This document shows, piece after piece, positions 1 to 12,948 of a stretch of DNA of 64,000 nt (position 1 is its first letter; each line of letters begins with the position of its first letter). The notes under the pieces are model-generated. The model had not been told where the DNA came from, ran no database searches, and saw only the letters and a list, made by a program, of their open reading frames with translations. The stretch is taken from assembly GCA_964016885.1 (NCBI GenBank), contig OZ024746.1, positions 38,812,001 to 38,876,000 of the forward strand, in the 5' to 3' direction. The position numbers were made by a program, and so were the translations under genes. Source of the stretch: Eledone cirrhosa (lineage: Eukaryota).

Positions 1-380
1 ACACATATATATATATATACACATATATATATATACACATATATATATATACGCATATATATATATACACATATATATATATACACATATATATATATAC
101 ACATATATATATATACACATATATATATATACACATATATATATATATATACACACACATATATATATATACACACATATATATATACACATATATATAT
201 ACACACATATATATACACATATATATATACACACATATATATATACACATATATATGTACACATATATATATACACACATATATATACACACATATATAT
301 ATATACACATATATTTATACACACATATATATATACACATATATATGTACACATATATATATATATATACACATATATAT

Positions 381-595
381 GGAAAGTTATATTTAAAATT
401 GTTGGGTTACAACTAGTAAATATTTATTTATATATATGTGTATATATATATATATACACATATATATATATACACAGATATATATATATACACATATATA
501 TATATACACATATATATATATACACATATATATATACACATATATATATATACACACATATATATATATACACATATATATACACACATATATAT

Positions 596-640
<45 letters not shown>

Positions 641-667
641 TATACATTATACACATACGTATATTAT

Positions 668-698
<31 letters not shown>

Positions 699-1189
699 CA
701 GACATATATATACACATACATATATACACACACATATATATACACACACATATATATACACATACATATATACACACACATATATACACACACATATATA
801 TACATATACATATACACACATATATATATACACATATATATATATATATACACATATATATATACACACATATATATATACACACATATATATATACACA
901 CATATATATATACACACATATATATATACACACATACATATATATATATATATACACATATATATATACACACATATATATATACACACATACATATATA
1001 TATATACACATATATATATACACACATACATATATATATATACACATATATATATATACACATATATATATACATATATATATACACATATATATATATA
1101 TATACACATATATATACATATATATATATATATACACATATATATATATATATATTTATACACATATACATATATATATATATATACAC

Positions 1190-1220
<31 letters not shown>

Positions 1221-1262
1221 TATATATATACATATACACATATATATATATATACACACACA

Positions 1263-1298
<36 letters not shown>

Positions 1299-1644
1299 CA
1301 CATATATATATATATACACATATATATATATATATACACATATATATATACACACAGATATATATATATATATACACATATATATATATATACACATATA
1401 TATATATATATACACACAGATATATATATATATATACACATATATATATATACACATATATATATATATACACACATATATATATATACACACATATATA
1501 TATATATATACACATATATATATATATATACACACATATACATTATACACACACACATATTATACACACACATATATATATACACACACATATATATACA
1601 CATACATATATATACATATACACATATATATATATATACACACA

Positions 1645-1694
<50 letters not shown>

Positions 1695-2034
1695 CACACA
1701 TATATATATACACATATACATATACACACATATATATATACACACATACACATATATATATATACACATATATATATATACACATACACATATATATATA
1801 TACACATACACATATATATATATACACATATATATATATACATATACACATATATATATATACACACATTTGTCTGATGAAGGCATAGCATATTGTTAAT
1901 ATGATATCCCCGAAATATATATAATGAAATAAATATGGTTTTATAAATATAGTTTTCCATTTATTTAATATTTAATATTGTAAATATACTCCAAATATTT
2001 GTCGAGTGCTTTTATATCAGTTATAAATATTTAC
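381..2034 (+). mobile_element. Penelope-like (pLTR-derived) non-autonomous element split by a ~1.4-kb microsatellite
   Basis: 391-425 matches 40340-40375. 1874-1965 matches 40513-40605. 1986-2030 is the reverse complement of about 40370-40412. It carries a hammerhead core. Confidence 0.65.
1868..1930 (+). ncRNA. Type I hammerhead ribozyme motif
   Basis: CTGATGA 1874-1880; stem II GGCATAGCATATT/AATATGATATCC; GAAA 1912-1915; palindromic TATATA; TA cleavage site 1922-1923; weak stem I TTTGT/ATGAA with G-U pairs. Confidence 0.6.
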
Positions 2035-2044
2035 ATATATACAC

Positions 2045-2081
<37 letters not shown>

Positions 2082-2102
2082 CACATATATATATATATAC
2101 AC

Positions 2103-2133
<31 letters not shown>

Positions 2134-2264
2134 TATATATATACACATATATATATATATATATACACATATATATATATATATATATACACATATATAT
2201 ATATATATACACATATATATATATACATACACATATATATATATACACATATATATATATACAC

Positions 2265-2325
<61 letters not shown>

Positions 2326-2782
2326 CACACATATATATATATACACACATATATATATATACACACATATATATATATACACACATATATATATACACAC
2401 ACATATATATATACACACACATATATATATACACACATATATATATATATATACATATATACACATATATATATATATATATACACATATATATATACAC
2501 ATATATATATATACACATATAAATATATATAAACACATATATATATATATAAACACATATATATATATATACACATATATATATATATAAACACATATAT
2601 ATATATATACACATATATATATATATAAACACACATATATATATATAAACACACATATATATATATATACACATATATATATATATACACATATATATAT
2701 ATATATATATATACATACATATATATATACATATATATATATATACACACACACATATATATATATACATATATATATATAT

Positions 2783-2827
<45 letters not shown>

Positions 2828-2882
2828 TATATATACACATATTTATATATATACGCATATATATATATATATATATACACAC

Positions 2883-2981
<99 letters not shown>

Positions 2982-3260
2982 TATATATACACACACATAT
3001 ATATATATACACATATATATATATATACACACACATATATATATATACACACATATATATATATACACACATATATATATATACACACATATATATATAT
3101 ACACACATATATATATATACACACACATATATATATACACACATATATATACACACATATATATACACACATATATATATACACACATATATATATACAC
3201 ACATATATATATATACACATATATATACACACATATATATACACACACATATATATATAT

Positions 3261-3337
<77 letters not shown>

Positions 3338-3351
3338 TATATATATATATA

Positions 3352-3689
3352 CACATGGCTTAGTGGTTAGAGCATTGGCCTTGCAATCGAAAGGTTGTGA
3401 GTTCAATTCACAGACCGGGTGATGTGTTGTTTCCTTGAGCAAGACACTTTATTTCACATTGCTCCAGTTTACTCAGCTGTAGAAATGAGATGATAGGGAC
3501 TGGGGTCCCTATTATTCCACTGTAAAGTGGACGTGTAAGTGCCACGGCAAAAAAGCACCCAGCACTCACTGTAAATGAGGTTGGTGTTAGGAAGGGCATC
3601 CAGCTGTAGAAATCAAGCCAGAATCCGTTCCCGTCCCACCCTTGCAAGCAGGGAAAAAGCGGACGTAAAATGAAATGATGATGATGATG
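3352..3689 (+). mobile_element. tRNA-derived SINE, family A (RTE-type 3' tail)
   Basis: A box TGGCTTAGTGG, B box GAGTTCAATTC, core GTTTCCTTGAGCAAGACACTT, tail CCCTTGCAAGCAGGGAAAAAGCGGACGTAAA plus (ATG)n. Near-identical copies at 4727, 38446 and 41911. Confidence 0.9.
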
Positions 3690-3832
3690 CACATATATAT
3701 ATATATATAGTTACACAAACATATACACACATATATATATACACACACACATATACATATACACACATATATACATATACATATACACACACACATATAT
3801 ATATACACACACACACATATATACACACACAC

Positions 3833-3877
<45 letters not shown>

Positions 3878-3912
3878 CACACACACACATATATATATAT
3901 ACACACACACAC

Positions 3913-3945
<33 letters not shown>

Positions 3946-3980
3946 TATATATACACACACACATATATATATACACACAA

Positions 3981-4020
<40 letters not shown>
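3690..4020. repeat. (CA)n/(TA)n microsatellite
   Basis: Dinucleotide runs. Confidence 0.95.
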
Positions 4021-4027
<7 letters not shown>

Positions 4028-4132
4028 TAAGAGGAATTCCAACTTTGTCTGATTTACTCGTTTTATTTGCAATCCTTTAAAATTTATAATATCATTATAA
4101 TGAAATAGAATATTAAATTCTAAGTGTTATTT

Positions 4133-4169
4133 GAACAAGTACTTTCATGCTTTCGCAATCTTCAGGTTC
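4133..4169 (-). ncRNA. Minimal type I hammerhead ribozyme (intact core)
   Basis: The minus strand reads GAAC-CTGAAGA-T-TGC-GAAA-GCA-T-GAAA-GTAC-TT-GTTC: stem I GAAC/GTTC, stem II with a GAAA tetraloop, palindromic GTAC at stem III. Confidence 0.75.
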
Positions 4170-4243
4170 TTAATATGTGGTGACAGTCAAGTTTGCAATT
4201 TTCAACAGTTGAAAATTGCAAACTTGACTGTCACCACATATTA

Positions 4244-4282
4244 TGAACCCGAAGATTGCGAAAGCATGAAAGTACTTGTTCA
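4244..4282 (+). ncRNA. Minimal hammerhead ribozyme copy with core substitution (CCGAAGA)
   Basis: TGAAC-CCGAAGA-TTGCGAAAGCAT-GAAA-GTAC-TT-GTTCA. The U4 position is C, so it is probably impaired. Confidence 0.6.
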
Positions 4283-4694
4283 ATTAACACTTAGAATTTA
4301 ATATTCTATTTCATTATAATATCATTATAAATTTTAAAGGATTGTAAATAAAACGAGTAAATCAGACAGAGTTGGAATTCCTCTTATTAATATAATCTTC
4401 TATACACAATCATACACACCTGTGTATATTTATCTATCTATCTATATATATATATATATATATATACATATATACACATATATACATATATACACACATA
4501 TATATATACATACACCATCATCATCATCATCGTTTAACGTCCATATTCCACGCTAAACGATGATGATGATACACACATATATATATATATACACACACAT
4601 ATATATACACACATATATATATTCACACATATATATATATACACACATATATATATATATATATACACACATATATATACACACACATATATAT

Positions 4695-4725
<31 letters not shown>

Positions 4726-4726
4726 C

Positions 4727-5066
4727 ACATCATCATCATTTCATTTTACGTCCGCTTTTCCCTGCTTGCAAGGGTGAGACGAGAACTGATTCTGGCTTGA
4801 TTTCTACAGCTGGATGCCCTTCCTAACACCAACCTCATTTACAGTGACTGCTGGGTGCTTTTTTGCCGTGGCACCTCCACGACCACTTTGCAGTGGAATG
4901 ATAGGGAACCCAGTCCCTATCATCTCATTTCTACAGCTGAGTAAACTGGAGCAATGTGAAATAAAGTGTCTTTCTCAAGGAAACAACACATCACCCGGTC
5001 TGAGAATTGAACTCACAACCTTTCAATTGCAAGGCCAATGCTCTAACCACTAAACCATGTGCCTCC
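4727..5066 (-). mobile_element. tRNA-derived SINE, family A
   Basis: Reverse complement of the 3352-3689 and 38446-38800 element; the head ends in GCCTCC. Confidence 0.9.
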
Positions 5067-5129
5067 ATCACACATATATATATACACACACATATATATA
5101 TTCACACACATATATATATACACACTTAT

Positions 5130-5168
<39 letters not shown>

Positions 5169-5171
5169 CAC

Positions 5172-5202
<31 letters not shown>

Positions 5203-5467
5203 TATATACATGTGTATATATATATATCAGGACCCATACTATCTTAGAAAATGGACGTTAAACGATGATGATATATATATATATATGTATATATATATAC
5301 ACACACACATACACATTGGCGTTAGGAAGGGCACCCAGCTGTAGAAAGCAAGCCAAAATCAGTACTTTAGGAGCAAGACATGGTCACCTGGCCTAGCATT
5401 GCCTACAACAGGGCAACTCATCTAACCCATGCTAGCATGTAAAAATAGACATAAAATGGTGATGATG

Positions 5468-5634
5468 ATGTTGAGCAGATATGTATTTATGGAAATTTAC
5501 CTAGAGTTAGAAGCTTCAATGCATGTATTTTGTTTTTATTATGAAAAATAATCAAAAAAAAAATGTGCATAAATATGTGCATTTTAGCTTCTAACTCGAG
5601 GTTAATTTTCAATAATTACATATCTACTCAACAT
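5468..5634. repeat. Inverted repeat with ~48-bp arms (5468-5515 / 5586-5634)
   Basis: ATGTTGAGCAGATATGTA...TTAGAAGCT pairs with AGCTTCTAAC...TACTCAACAT. A further partial copy lies near 5864-5893. Confidence 0.75.
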
Positions 5635-6447
5635 TTCTAAAAATAGATAATTGTTTACATTCAGGTTGATTGATAAGACTTCAAAATATCAGACAAAATT
5701 TCATTAGCTAAGCTTTGGACCAAACAGTAGCTTAGCCCATCCAGCATACAGCAGATATTGGTTCAAGTCACACAGACAATGCTGTCAACTTTTTCCATCC
5801 AGGGGCTTTTATGCCCAATTTGTTATTTGCCCTATTTTTCATAATCAAAAATTTCAGGTGCAGAAGCTTGTAACTAAGTTAATTTTCAATAAACACACAC
5901 ACACACACATATATATATATAGTTTAAGGAGACAACAAAACAGAGGTACAAGAAGTCTTACTAGTTTCACGCTTTATAAGGACAAGGGGAAAGAAAGTTT
6001 GACGTGTCCGGCTTTAGGAGTACAAAAATAAAGACAGGATCACAAAGGATAGATACAGAAAATAAAACGTAGTCCTATATATATATATACACATATATAT
6101 AATTTTCCATGCTGGTACAAAGGAGTTAGATTTTATTACAATTTACTTTGCCCTCAACCATAGATTTATACATACTACATATACATTATGGTCACATGTC
6201 TTGAAAGTGCTGTAAATGTTAATGCCCTACATCAATTATTGACAAATGTCTTTACCTAAGAAATATCTCAACTACATAGATGTCTGGTTAGTCTCATGAA
6301 ATATTTTTGCGTTACTTTTGTTTCATCTGCTAGACATGTTACTTAGCAAGTTTATGTTTTGTTTAAGTGATATGAGCTCACTATGAAATTACTATTTACA
6401 TTTGGAAGTAACATATGCATACTTTGAAATTGATATTCTCACTTTAA

Positions 6448-6539
6448 CCCTCTAGCATTTAAACTGGCTGTATCTGGCCAGAATTCTCTTGCCTCTTTCT
6501 GTTCAATCCAACCATAACCAGCCGCTCATACTGACTAAG
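6448..6539 (+). mobile_element. piggyBac-like MITE, truncated
   Basis: TTAA followed by CCCTCTAGCATTTAAAC; same family as 9190-9390. Confidence 0.75.
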
Positions 6540-6733
6540 ACTTTCCCTGGACAAGTCACCAGTGCATCGCAGGGTTAAACCCCCAGCTACTGCTGGTACT
6601 CATTTTCAGTTGAGTACACTAGAGCAGCGTAACATGAAGTGTTTTGCTCAAAAACACAGCCCAATCCAGGAATTGAACCCACAACATTATGAACGTAAAT
6701 CCAACACCCTTACCACTAGGCCATGTACCTCCA
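6540..6733 (-). mobile_element. tRNA-derived SINE (related copies at about 13945-14190, 31160-31430, 53275-53420)
   Basis: Minus-strand head GGAGGTACATGGCCTAGTGG...GGTTCAATTCC, followed by a core similar to family A and a different tail. Confidence 0.75.
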
Positions 6734-8388
6734 CTCTGACAAATACTTCTCATCCAATATATAATTTATTGGAACTGTCTGGGCATTCACCTTCAATTTA
6801 GTTTCTCTGGTCAAAGAATTGTTTAGTTTGAATAATATCATTATCAGATTTCATAGTCAATTCAATTTCTTCAGGGCTGACATTCCATCAAAACAATCAT
6901 TAATAATTTGATGTATTTCAAATTTAGATAGAATGTGATTTTTATGATGTTATTCAAAATCATATTCAGGCCCAATCAGCAGTCTTAATAAGGCATTAGT
7001 ATTCTTGTGTTGCTTCAAAGCTTTATATTATATTGTAAATTTCTATGAAGCCAATAACATTGTCAAACACTGCAGTCATTGAGATGTAAGTACATGTATT
7101 GTGGAAATGACTGTGGATTACAATAATTGTGAACAGATATTGTGCAAAAGCCAGTCACAAAAGCTGTCCAATGTATGTTTGGCTGATATTGATGCAGCAC
7201 AATTCAGTGAGAATACTTGTGTTAGCAGCTTGTGATTGCTAATTAGTCCAAAATGACATCTATATAGGAAATGACTGAATTAATGAAAACTAAATAGCTG
7301 AGAATATCTCCATTGATGTACATTCAATATTTCTGATGTGTGAGCCATTTTAATGTTGCAACAGAACTGTTCTAACAGTGACTGGAGATGCATCTATTGC
7401 TAAAATTAAAGGTGAATGTTCATTGTAATGTGCAACTTCTGTATCCTGTTATTTCAAATCATTAAAACTTTATTGACAATCATCTGACCATTTGAATGGT
7501 ACAACCCATTTTTGTTAACATATAAAGGTGCAATAAATTGTCATTTTTTTAACTCAATGTCCTGTATCACATGAAACTGCATTAGCAAAGCATTCTTGAA
7601 AAGTAGACAACAGCAAGCACTACGACTGCATCACATTAAAGAGAGAAACCTTTACTCTAACACTGCAAACTTTCACAATGATCTATTGGATAGATCATTG
7701 TAAGAAGATACTATAGATATCTGAATTAACAAACCAGTTTTTAAATACTCTCTGCTAAATAATTACAGGCTGCTAGGAGCCAATGAAGGAGTAATAGTAT
7801 CCAACTTTTGAAACAAATGCTAATACCTCATTCGCATTTGGGGGAATTAGAATTTATTTAATATCATTGTTATCCTTTTTGAATAATCTTTATCCTGATG
7901 GACTTATATGGTATAACCAAGATGTTTGACTTCTTTGCAAAAAAAGAAAAAATTCACACTTTGCTTTATAACATTTTAACCTCTTTGATAAAAAAAACTG
8001 CTTACATTAAAATGTGTATCTGTATATGAAAACCTTCCAGTATGATCTTCCCAAAGTATAACAATATTCCATAATATTCCTGTCTAACCCATGTTAGCAT
8101 GGAAGAATGGATATATATGGGTGATGTTGATGATAATGATGAATACCATTTTAGAAATTTTGTTAACTAATATTCTAAATATCAGCTTATTAATGAAAAA
8201 CATTCTATAAAATTCTTTCAAATATTTGTTTTTTTTCAAAATAAATTCAAACACATAGGCAGTGAATTTCATTAGAATTGTGATAATGATAGTGTTAAAT
8301 GTCATAATATTCTAGTCATTTAAATATACATTCTAAATAATTTATATATTTTGATTTTTTATTCTAATGATGATGATATTGTGTATAC

Positions 8389-8776
8389 CAGAGGTTCTCA
8401 AACTTTTTGGGTCACTGCCCCACTTGCGGCCACGTAATACCCTCATTCCCCATTCAACCCTATTTACAGAGAGACCTGCCCACATGCAAATTGCGAATAA
8501 TATATAATAAATAAAATCCTTAATCTATATATATTAAATAATATAATATATATTATGTATAAATAAATATTGCATAATAAATTTTATTTTACTATATTTA
8601 TATATATGTATCATTTATATATATGTATAATTTTTATTTTACTATATTTATATATATGTATCATTTGATATATAATATACTATTAAATCATCTGTACCAC
8701 CACCCCTAGGCCCCAACACCCCCTGGGCCTTCTCAACACCCCCAGAGAGTGGTAGCACCCTCTTTGAGAACCTCTG
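8389..8776. mobile_element. hAT (Charlie-like) MITE
   Basis: TIR CAGAGGTTCTCAAA / TTTGAGAACCTCTG; 8-bp TSD GTGTATAC / GTGTATAT. Confidence 0.9.
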
Positions 8777-9189
8777 GTGTATATAATGATGATATTGACT
8801 ATAGTACATAGCTTTATTCCATATAACATCTACTCAACAAAACGTAATAATATAGCAGCCACACTAAAAATTTCGAATGGCATTCATTTGAATTTGTATA
8901 AACTAGAAGGCATATTTATAATGTATTTTTGTGATTTTTCTGTTAATACATTGCAGTTTACAGAATACTTCATACATGAATATTTGCCAGTGATCTTCAC
9001 TATTATGGTTTATGATGACTTTAAAATTACCATGGATTCAAATATTAATGTTTGGTTTCCAAACAGCACCAACTAGAGCCACCCAGTTATTGTAATTGGC
9101 CAGTTACAATGTACCATTCAGTATTTTATACTCTCATTCCTTTTACTAATTTAGCTTTTGAAAACAGTAATAGTCTAGCCTTCCATTAA

Positions 9190-9390
9190 CCCTTTAGCAT
9201 TTAAACCAACCATAATTCTCTCACCTCTTTCAGATCATAACCGGCCACTCTTACCAACGTGAAGGTATTGTTCTCAAAATAAATAAGATCAACATTTTCT
9301 AGATTCGATATTATGTAAGATAATTATGTGAGATAAAGCTTTTCTGTGAAAATAAAATAGTAAATATAGAGTAATGTTAATACTAAAGGG
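9190..9390 (+). mobile_element. piggyBac-like MITE
   Basis: TTAA on both sides; ends CCCTTTAGCATT / AATACTAAAGGG. Confidence 0.85.
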
Positions 9391-9974
9391 TTAAAGTGAT
9401 TTCATACCTGGACTTAGACAAATTGTGGTTTGCATTACAATTTTGTACAGGGCCCCAATCCAGGTGAAAATATTTCAGAATATTTAGCACATAAATCATT
9501 GATTTTATTTTAAATATTCAAATCAGTTGAATTATAAACATTAATGTTATCAGTGATATTATTAAGCATAGATATCAACAACATATTAAATACTTTTAAC
9601 TAATTCATTCCAAATGTATCTAAACTGATTTCAGAATCAATAAAGCTAGCATCTAAATTTTGTGGTTGCTTATTTCTCAATTTTAATATTTAATAGGCAT
9701 TTAATTTTATCAATATGGGTTCTAATGGTGGAGACCGATTATTTTGTATATATTTGCATTAATCAAAGTTCTATTGGCAATAGTATCAAATTCAAATGTA
9801 ATCAATTTATTATTGATTTGTGCTGAAATATAACATTTATTACTGATTTTTTCATACAAATTTTTAATAGATAAAGAATTAGCTTCAATTTCATCATTAA
9901 TCGATTCATATATACCACTAATAGAATTATTATCATGATTGTAATTTTTATAATTAGTAGGCTCTTTTCTAGCA

Positions 9975-10165
9975 AATTATTATGATTATTATGATTATTA
10001 TTTTTTGCATTATCACTGCATTACTGAGCACAGCTCTGTGCGCCATGGGTATGTACAGTGTGGTTTTTGGTGGTGTTTGTTCTATTGTATTGAAAGTACT
10101 CTTCGTAATATGTGTGGTGCATAGTAGTGCTATTTTTTGTATGTTGTATATATTTGTAAGTCCTT
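9975..10165 (-). mobile_element. 3' fragment of an R4/Dong-like RLE non-LTR retrotransposon
   Basis: The minus frame NIQKIALLCTTHI resembles the IQKxxLLGTAxI C-terminus of this group and ends in a (TAA)n tract. Confidence 0.55.
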
Positions 10166-10231
10166 TTCTCTCCTCCAAAATTGTTGGCTTTGTGCCTAAA
10201 TCAGAAACCATCATTATTACTATAAGGGCTG

Positions 10232-10440
10232 GTGTTTGGCAATATCAGTAGAGCATCAGACATGTTTTACAGCATATTGTTATGTCCCTTTACATTCTAA
10301 TTCAAATCCAGCCAAGGTTAGCTTTGCTTTTCATTCTAACAGCGTCGATAAATTTAAAGTACCAGTAACGTACTGGAGTCAATTTAATCAAATTCCCTAC
10401 CCATCGAAAATTGTTGGCCTTGTGCCATTATTATTATAGT
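10232..10440 (+). mobile_element. tRNA-derived SINE, family B (old copy)
   Basis: TTCAAATCCAGCCAAGGTTAGCTTTGCTTTTCAT...AAAGTACCAGT...TTGGCCTTGTGCC. Confidence 0.8.
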
Positions 10441-10712
10441 TTCAATTTGATACCATGCATACATTTGCTAAATAACCAATTATTTTCCATATAAATTATA
10501 TTTTTTTATCATACTTTTTCACTGATTTCAGGCATTGGATTGAGGCCATGCTGGAGCAATTTTTTGCTTCATGATGAATATAATATTTTTCATAAGTTAT
10601 TTAATTTTATATTATTTTTGTTTGAATTGTGACTACCCACTGCTTTGGATATTTGATATAACTCAAGGAAAATGTTGAAATATCTTTAGTCATTGGTCAA
10701 TGATGCCATACC

Positions 10713-10955
10713 TTCTTCTTCTTCACCCACTTATTCCTGAGTGGGTCATGGGGAAAGAGTCCTTAAACACTCTTTCCAGCAGGTCCTGTCGGAAGCAAAC
10801 CTCTCCAACTGATTCAGCTGGATCCCCAAGCAAGACCAGCTAAGCTCAAGGATGTTATCCAACTATCTTGCTCAGGGTCTATCCCTGGGTCACCTGCCAG
10901 TTGTTTTTGCCCATAAAATCTGTCCAGTGATTCTTCCTTGAGACTATATATTTGG
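10713..10955 (-). mobile_element. 5'-truncated RTE LINE (Expander/Rex3-like C-terminus)
   Basis: Minus frame GR*PRDRP*AR*LDNILELSWSCLGI..ASDRTCW; (GAA)n tail; 13-bp TSD ATGATGCCATACC / ATGATGTCATACC. Confidence 0.75.
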
Positions 10956-11949
10956 ATGATGTCATACCACTAAGTCATTTTTCAGCCCCTTTAGCACAGA
11001 TAACAGATTTTGACTATTTTAATACATCTTCAAGTGATAAATTTTTATTATGAAGGAAGGCATGGTATATTTCCTTGTGTGGCATAAATATGACAATTCA
11101 CTCACATATCATGTAGTTAATAATACTTGGAGCCTTATTTTTCTAATTTACAATCTTCTGTCAACAATCCCATTTTAGATACCCAATCATGGGATTGACC
11201 TGTCTCCATTACATAAGGGGGAAATTTATTAGACACAAACAAAATATTCAAGAGTTTGGACAATTTTTCCAGTAATTATTTTGTTCTGTTCTTCAAGACT
11301 GAATGCTTCGCTTATCAAATTGTCTGTTTCATGATCAAATCCATAGCTGTAATTTCTGCTTATTGCTGCTGACAACATTGTATAGTGTGAAATCATCATC
11401 GACTGATTTACCAACTTCTTTACTTGTCAAAAGTATTGAACAATTTTGTAGCCTCTTTCAAAGTATTTCCTCAGTTTTTGCTCCAGGGATAGGTTTTGAT
11501 CTGCTTCAGTTTCCTGGCTTTCAGATTATCCCCAATTACCTCTTCCTGTCTTACATGGCTGTTACTTTCTGTCTACCAGGGGCCACAATCTTGGTATGTA
11601 CAAACCAACACAGTCTGTATGCTCTTAAAACATTACAATGTTAGATATAAATTCATCAATTATCATGATTACAGCCATATTGCTGAAAAATGGAAGCAAC
11701 AGTAATATATATATTTAAGCTAGACTGTATGCCAACAATAGTTTTCTGAAATTTTATTTTTCTTGCATATTTGCTATTTGTTTGTTATAAAGTTGTTACT
11801 GTTCTTCCATTTAATGGAGTATTAATGATATTTGTGTGTCTGACATTTCAATAAATTTTTGCTAAACTACTTTTTGCCTAGATTTTTGTAATGTTATTGT
11901 AAGAAAGTCTGATGAAATTATAGTAAAGTAATATTTTGTTGTCAATAAA

Positions 11950-12545
11950 ATAATTCCTAACACAGACACAAAGCCAGCAAATATGGGGGAGAGGGGAAAG
12001 TCAATTATATCGACTTCATTACTTATTTTATCAACCCCGGAAGAATGAAAGGCAAAGTTAACCATAGCAGGATTTGAACTTAGAGTACAGATAGCAAGAA
12101 TGAATATTGCTAAGCATTCTATCTGATGCTCTAATGACTCTGCTAATCTACTGCTCTTGACTGGTACTTTATTTTATCAAACCCAAATTGATGAAGGGCA
12201 AAGTTGACCTCATCAGGATTTGAACTCAGAATGTAAAGAAAGAGCCAAAACAAATACCACAATGGCATTTTATCTGAACCCTACCAATTCTAGCAATCCA
12301 CAACCTTCTGTCATTAATAAAATAATGGTTTCTGATTTAGGCACAAGGCCAGCAATTTTAGGGGAGAGAAAAGTCAATTAAATCAACCCAGTGCATGACT
12401 GGTACTTTATTTTATTGACCCTGTAAGGATGAAAAGCAAAGCTAACCTCTGCAGGAGTTGAACTCAGAATGTAAAGGGCCATAACTCTAAGCCATAGAGC
12501 AGGGTGCCTGATGCTCTACTGATACTGCCAATCCACTGCCCTTGT
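11950..12545 (-). mobile_element. Three head-to-tail family B SINEs
   Basis: Three copies of GAAAGGCAAAGTT..GGATTTGAACTCAG. The last is flanked by the TSD TGTCATTAATAAAATAA. Confidence 0.85.
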
Positions 12546-12847
12546 CATTAATAAAATAAAATAATGGTAACAAGTCAAGAGAAAATAGACAAACAAAGAA
12601 TGATAATAATGATTAATTTAATTCTGACAAATAATTATAAAAGTTTAGAAATTCAAGTTCAAATCCCACTGTGCGAGGAATCACATTTCTGACATTCGTT
12701 TTGTTGTAACGACATATAACATAAAAAATCTTATAGTAACATGTATATGATAATTTGGTATAAAACTATTGCGTTAAGTTTTTCAATCTGTAGTTCTTTA
12801 GAAGACAACATTCCCTTCTCAACTACCACAGCCACAGATGACATATA

Positions 12848-12948
12848 CAGGGTGTCCCAAAAATATATATACACAGTACAACAGCATTCTAATAAATATT
12901 GCCTGTACAGGTAATCAAAGTGTATATACATTTTGAGTGGACACCCTG
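12848..12948. mobile_element. Tc1/mariner-type MITE
   Basis: TA followed by CAGGGTGTCC ... GGACACCCTG; internal TATATACAC / GTGTATATA symmetry. Confidence 0.75.

Larger units (their letters stand above)
1..3351. repeat. Compound (TA)n/(CA)n microsatellite field
   Basis: Almost pure ACAC/ATAT dinucleotide runs, interrupted only at 381-430 and 1868-2034. This explains the Y/I/H/T/C/V/M-rich ORFs. Confidence 0.98.
4021..4393. mobile_element. 373-bp palindrome (186-bp arms, 1-nt centre at 4207), probable inverted Penelope-like pLTR
   Basis: Arms align with no indel (4021+4393=2x4207), with 5 substitutions plus a 3-nt loop inversion. Each arm holds a hammerhead core. Microsatellite lies on both sides. 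Confidence 0.85.
6200..11480 (-). pseudogene. Decayed Ty3/Gypsy LTR-retrotransposon gag-pol relic
   Basis: Hand-translated minus-strand motifs appear in canonical order: gag-like 11480-10970; knuckle remnant IGYLANVC 10457-10480; protease INNKLITFEFDTIANRTLI about 9760-9820; RT KARLLLF..WVALVGAVWKPN..IHGNFKVIIN and LYKFK*MPF 8800-9185; KCEF..VKHLGYTI..PPNANEV 7790-7985; PFKWSDDCQ..AHYNEHSPLILAIDASP 7380-7510; NTNALLRL about 6985-7005; possible integrase Zn region about 6225-6320. Many stops and frameshifts. Confidence 0.8.

Noticed and set aside
393-5344. Long ORFs of 100-487 aa
   Set aside because: Translations of TA/CA dinucleotide repeats, which lack stop codons in most frames.
5920-6075. 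Hammerhead on the minus strand (GAAA-CTAG-TA)
   Set aside because: Only the 3' half is present and the CUGANGA part is missing. At most a PLE-like remnant.
8777-9076. Plus-strand 99-aa ORF
   Set aside because: Antisense shadow of the decayed Gypsy RT.
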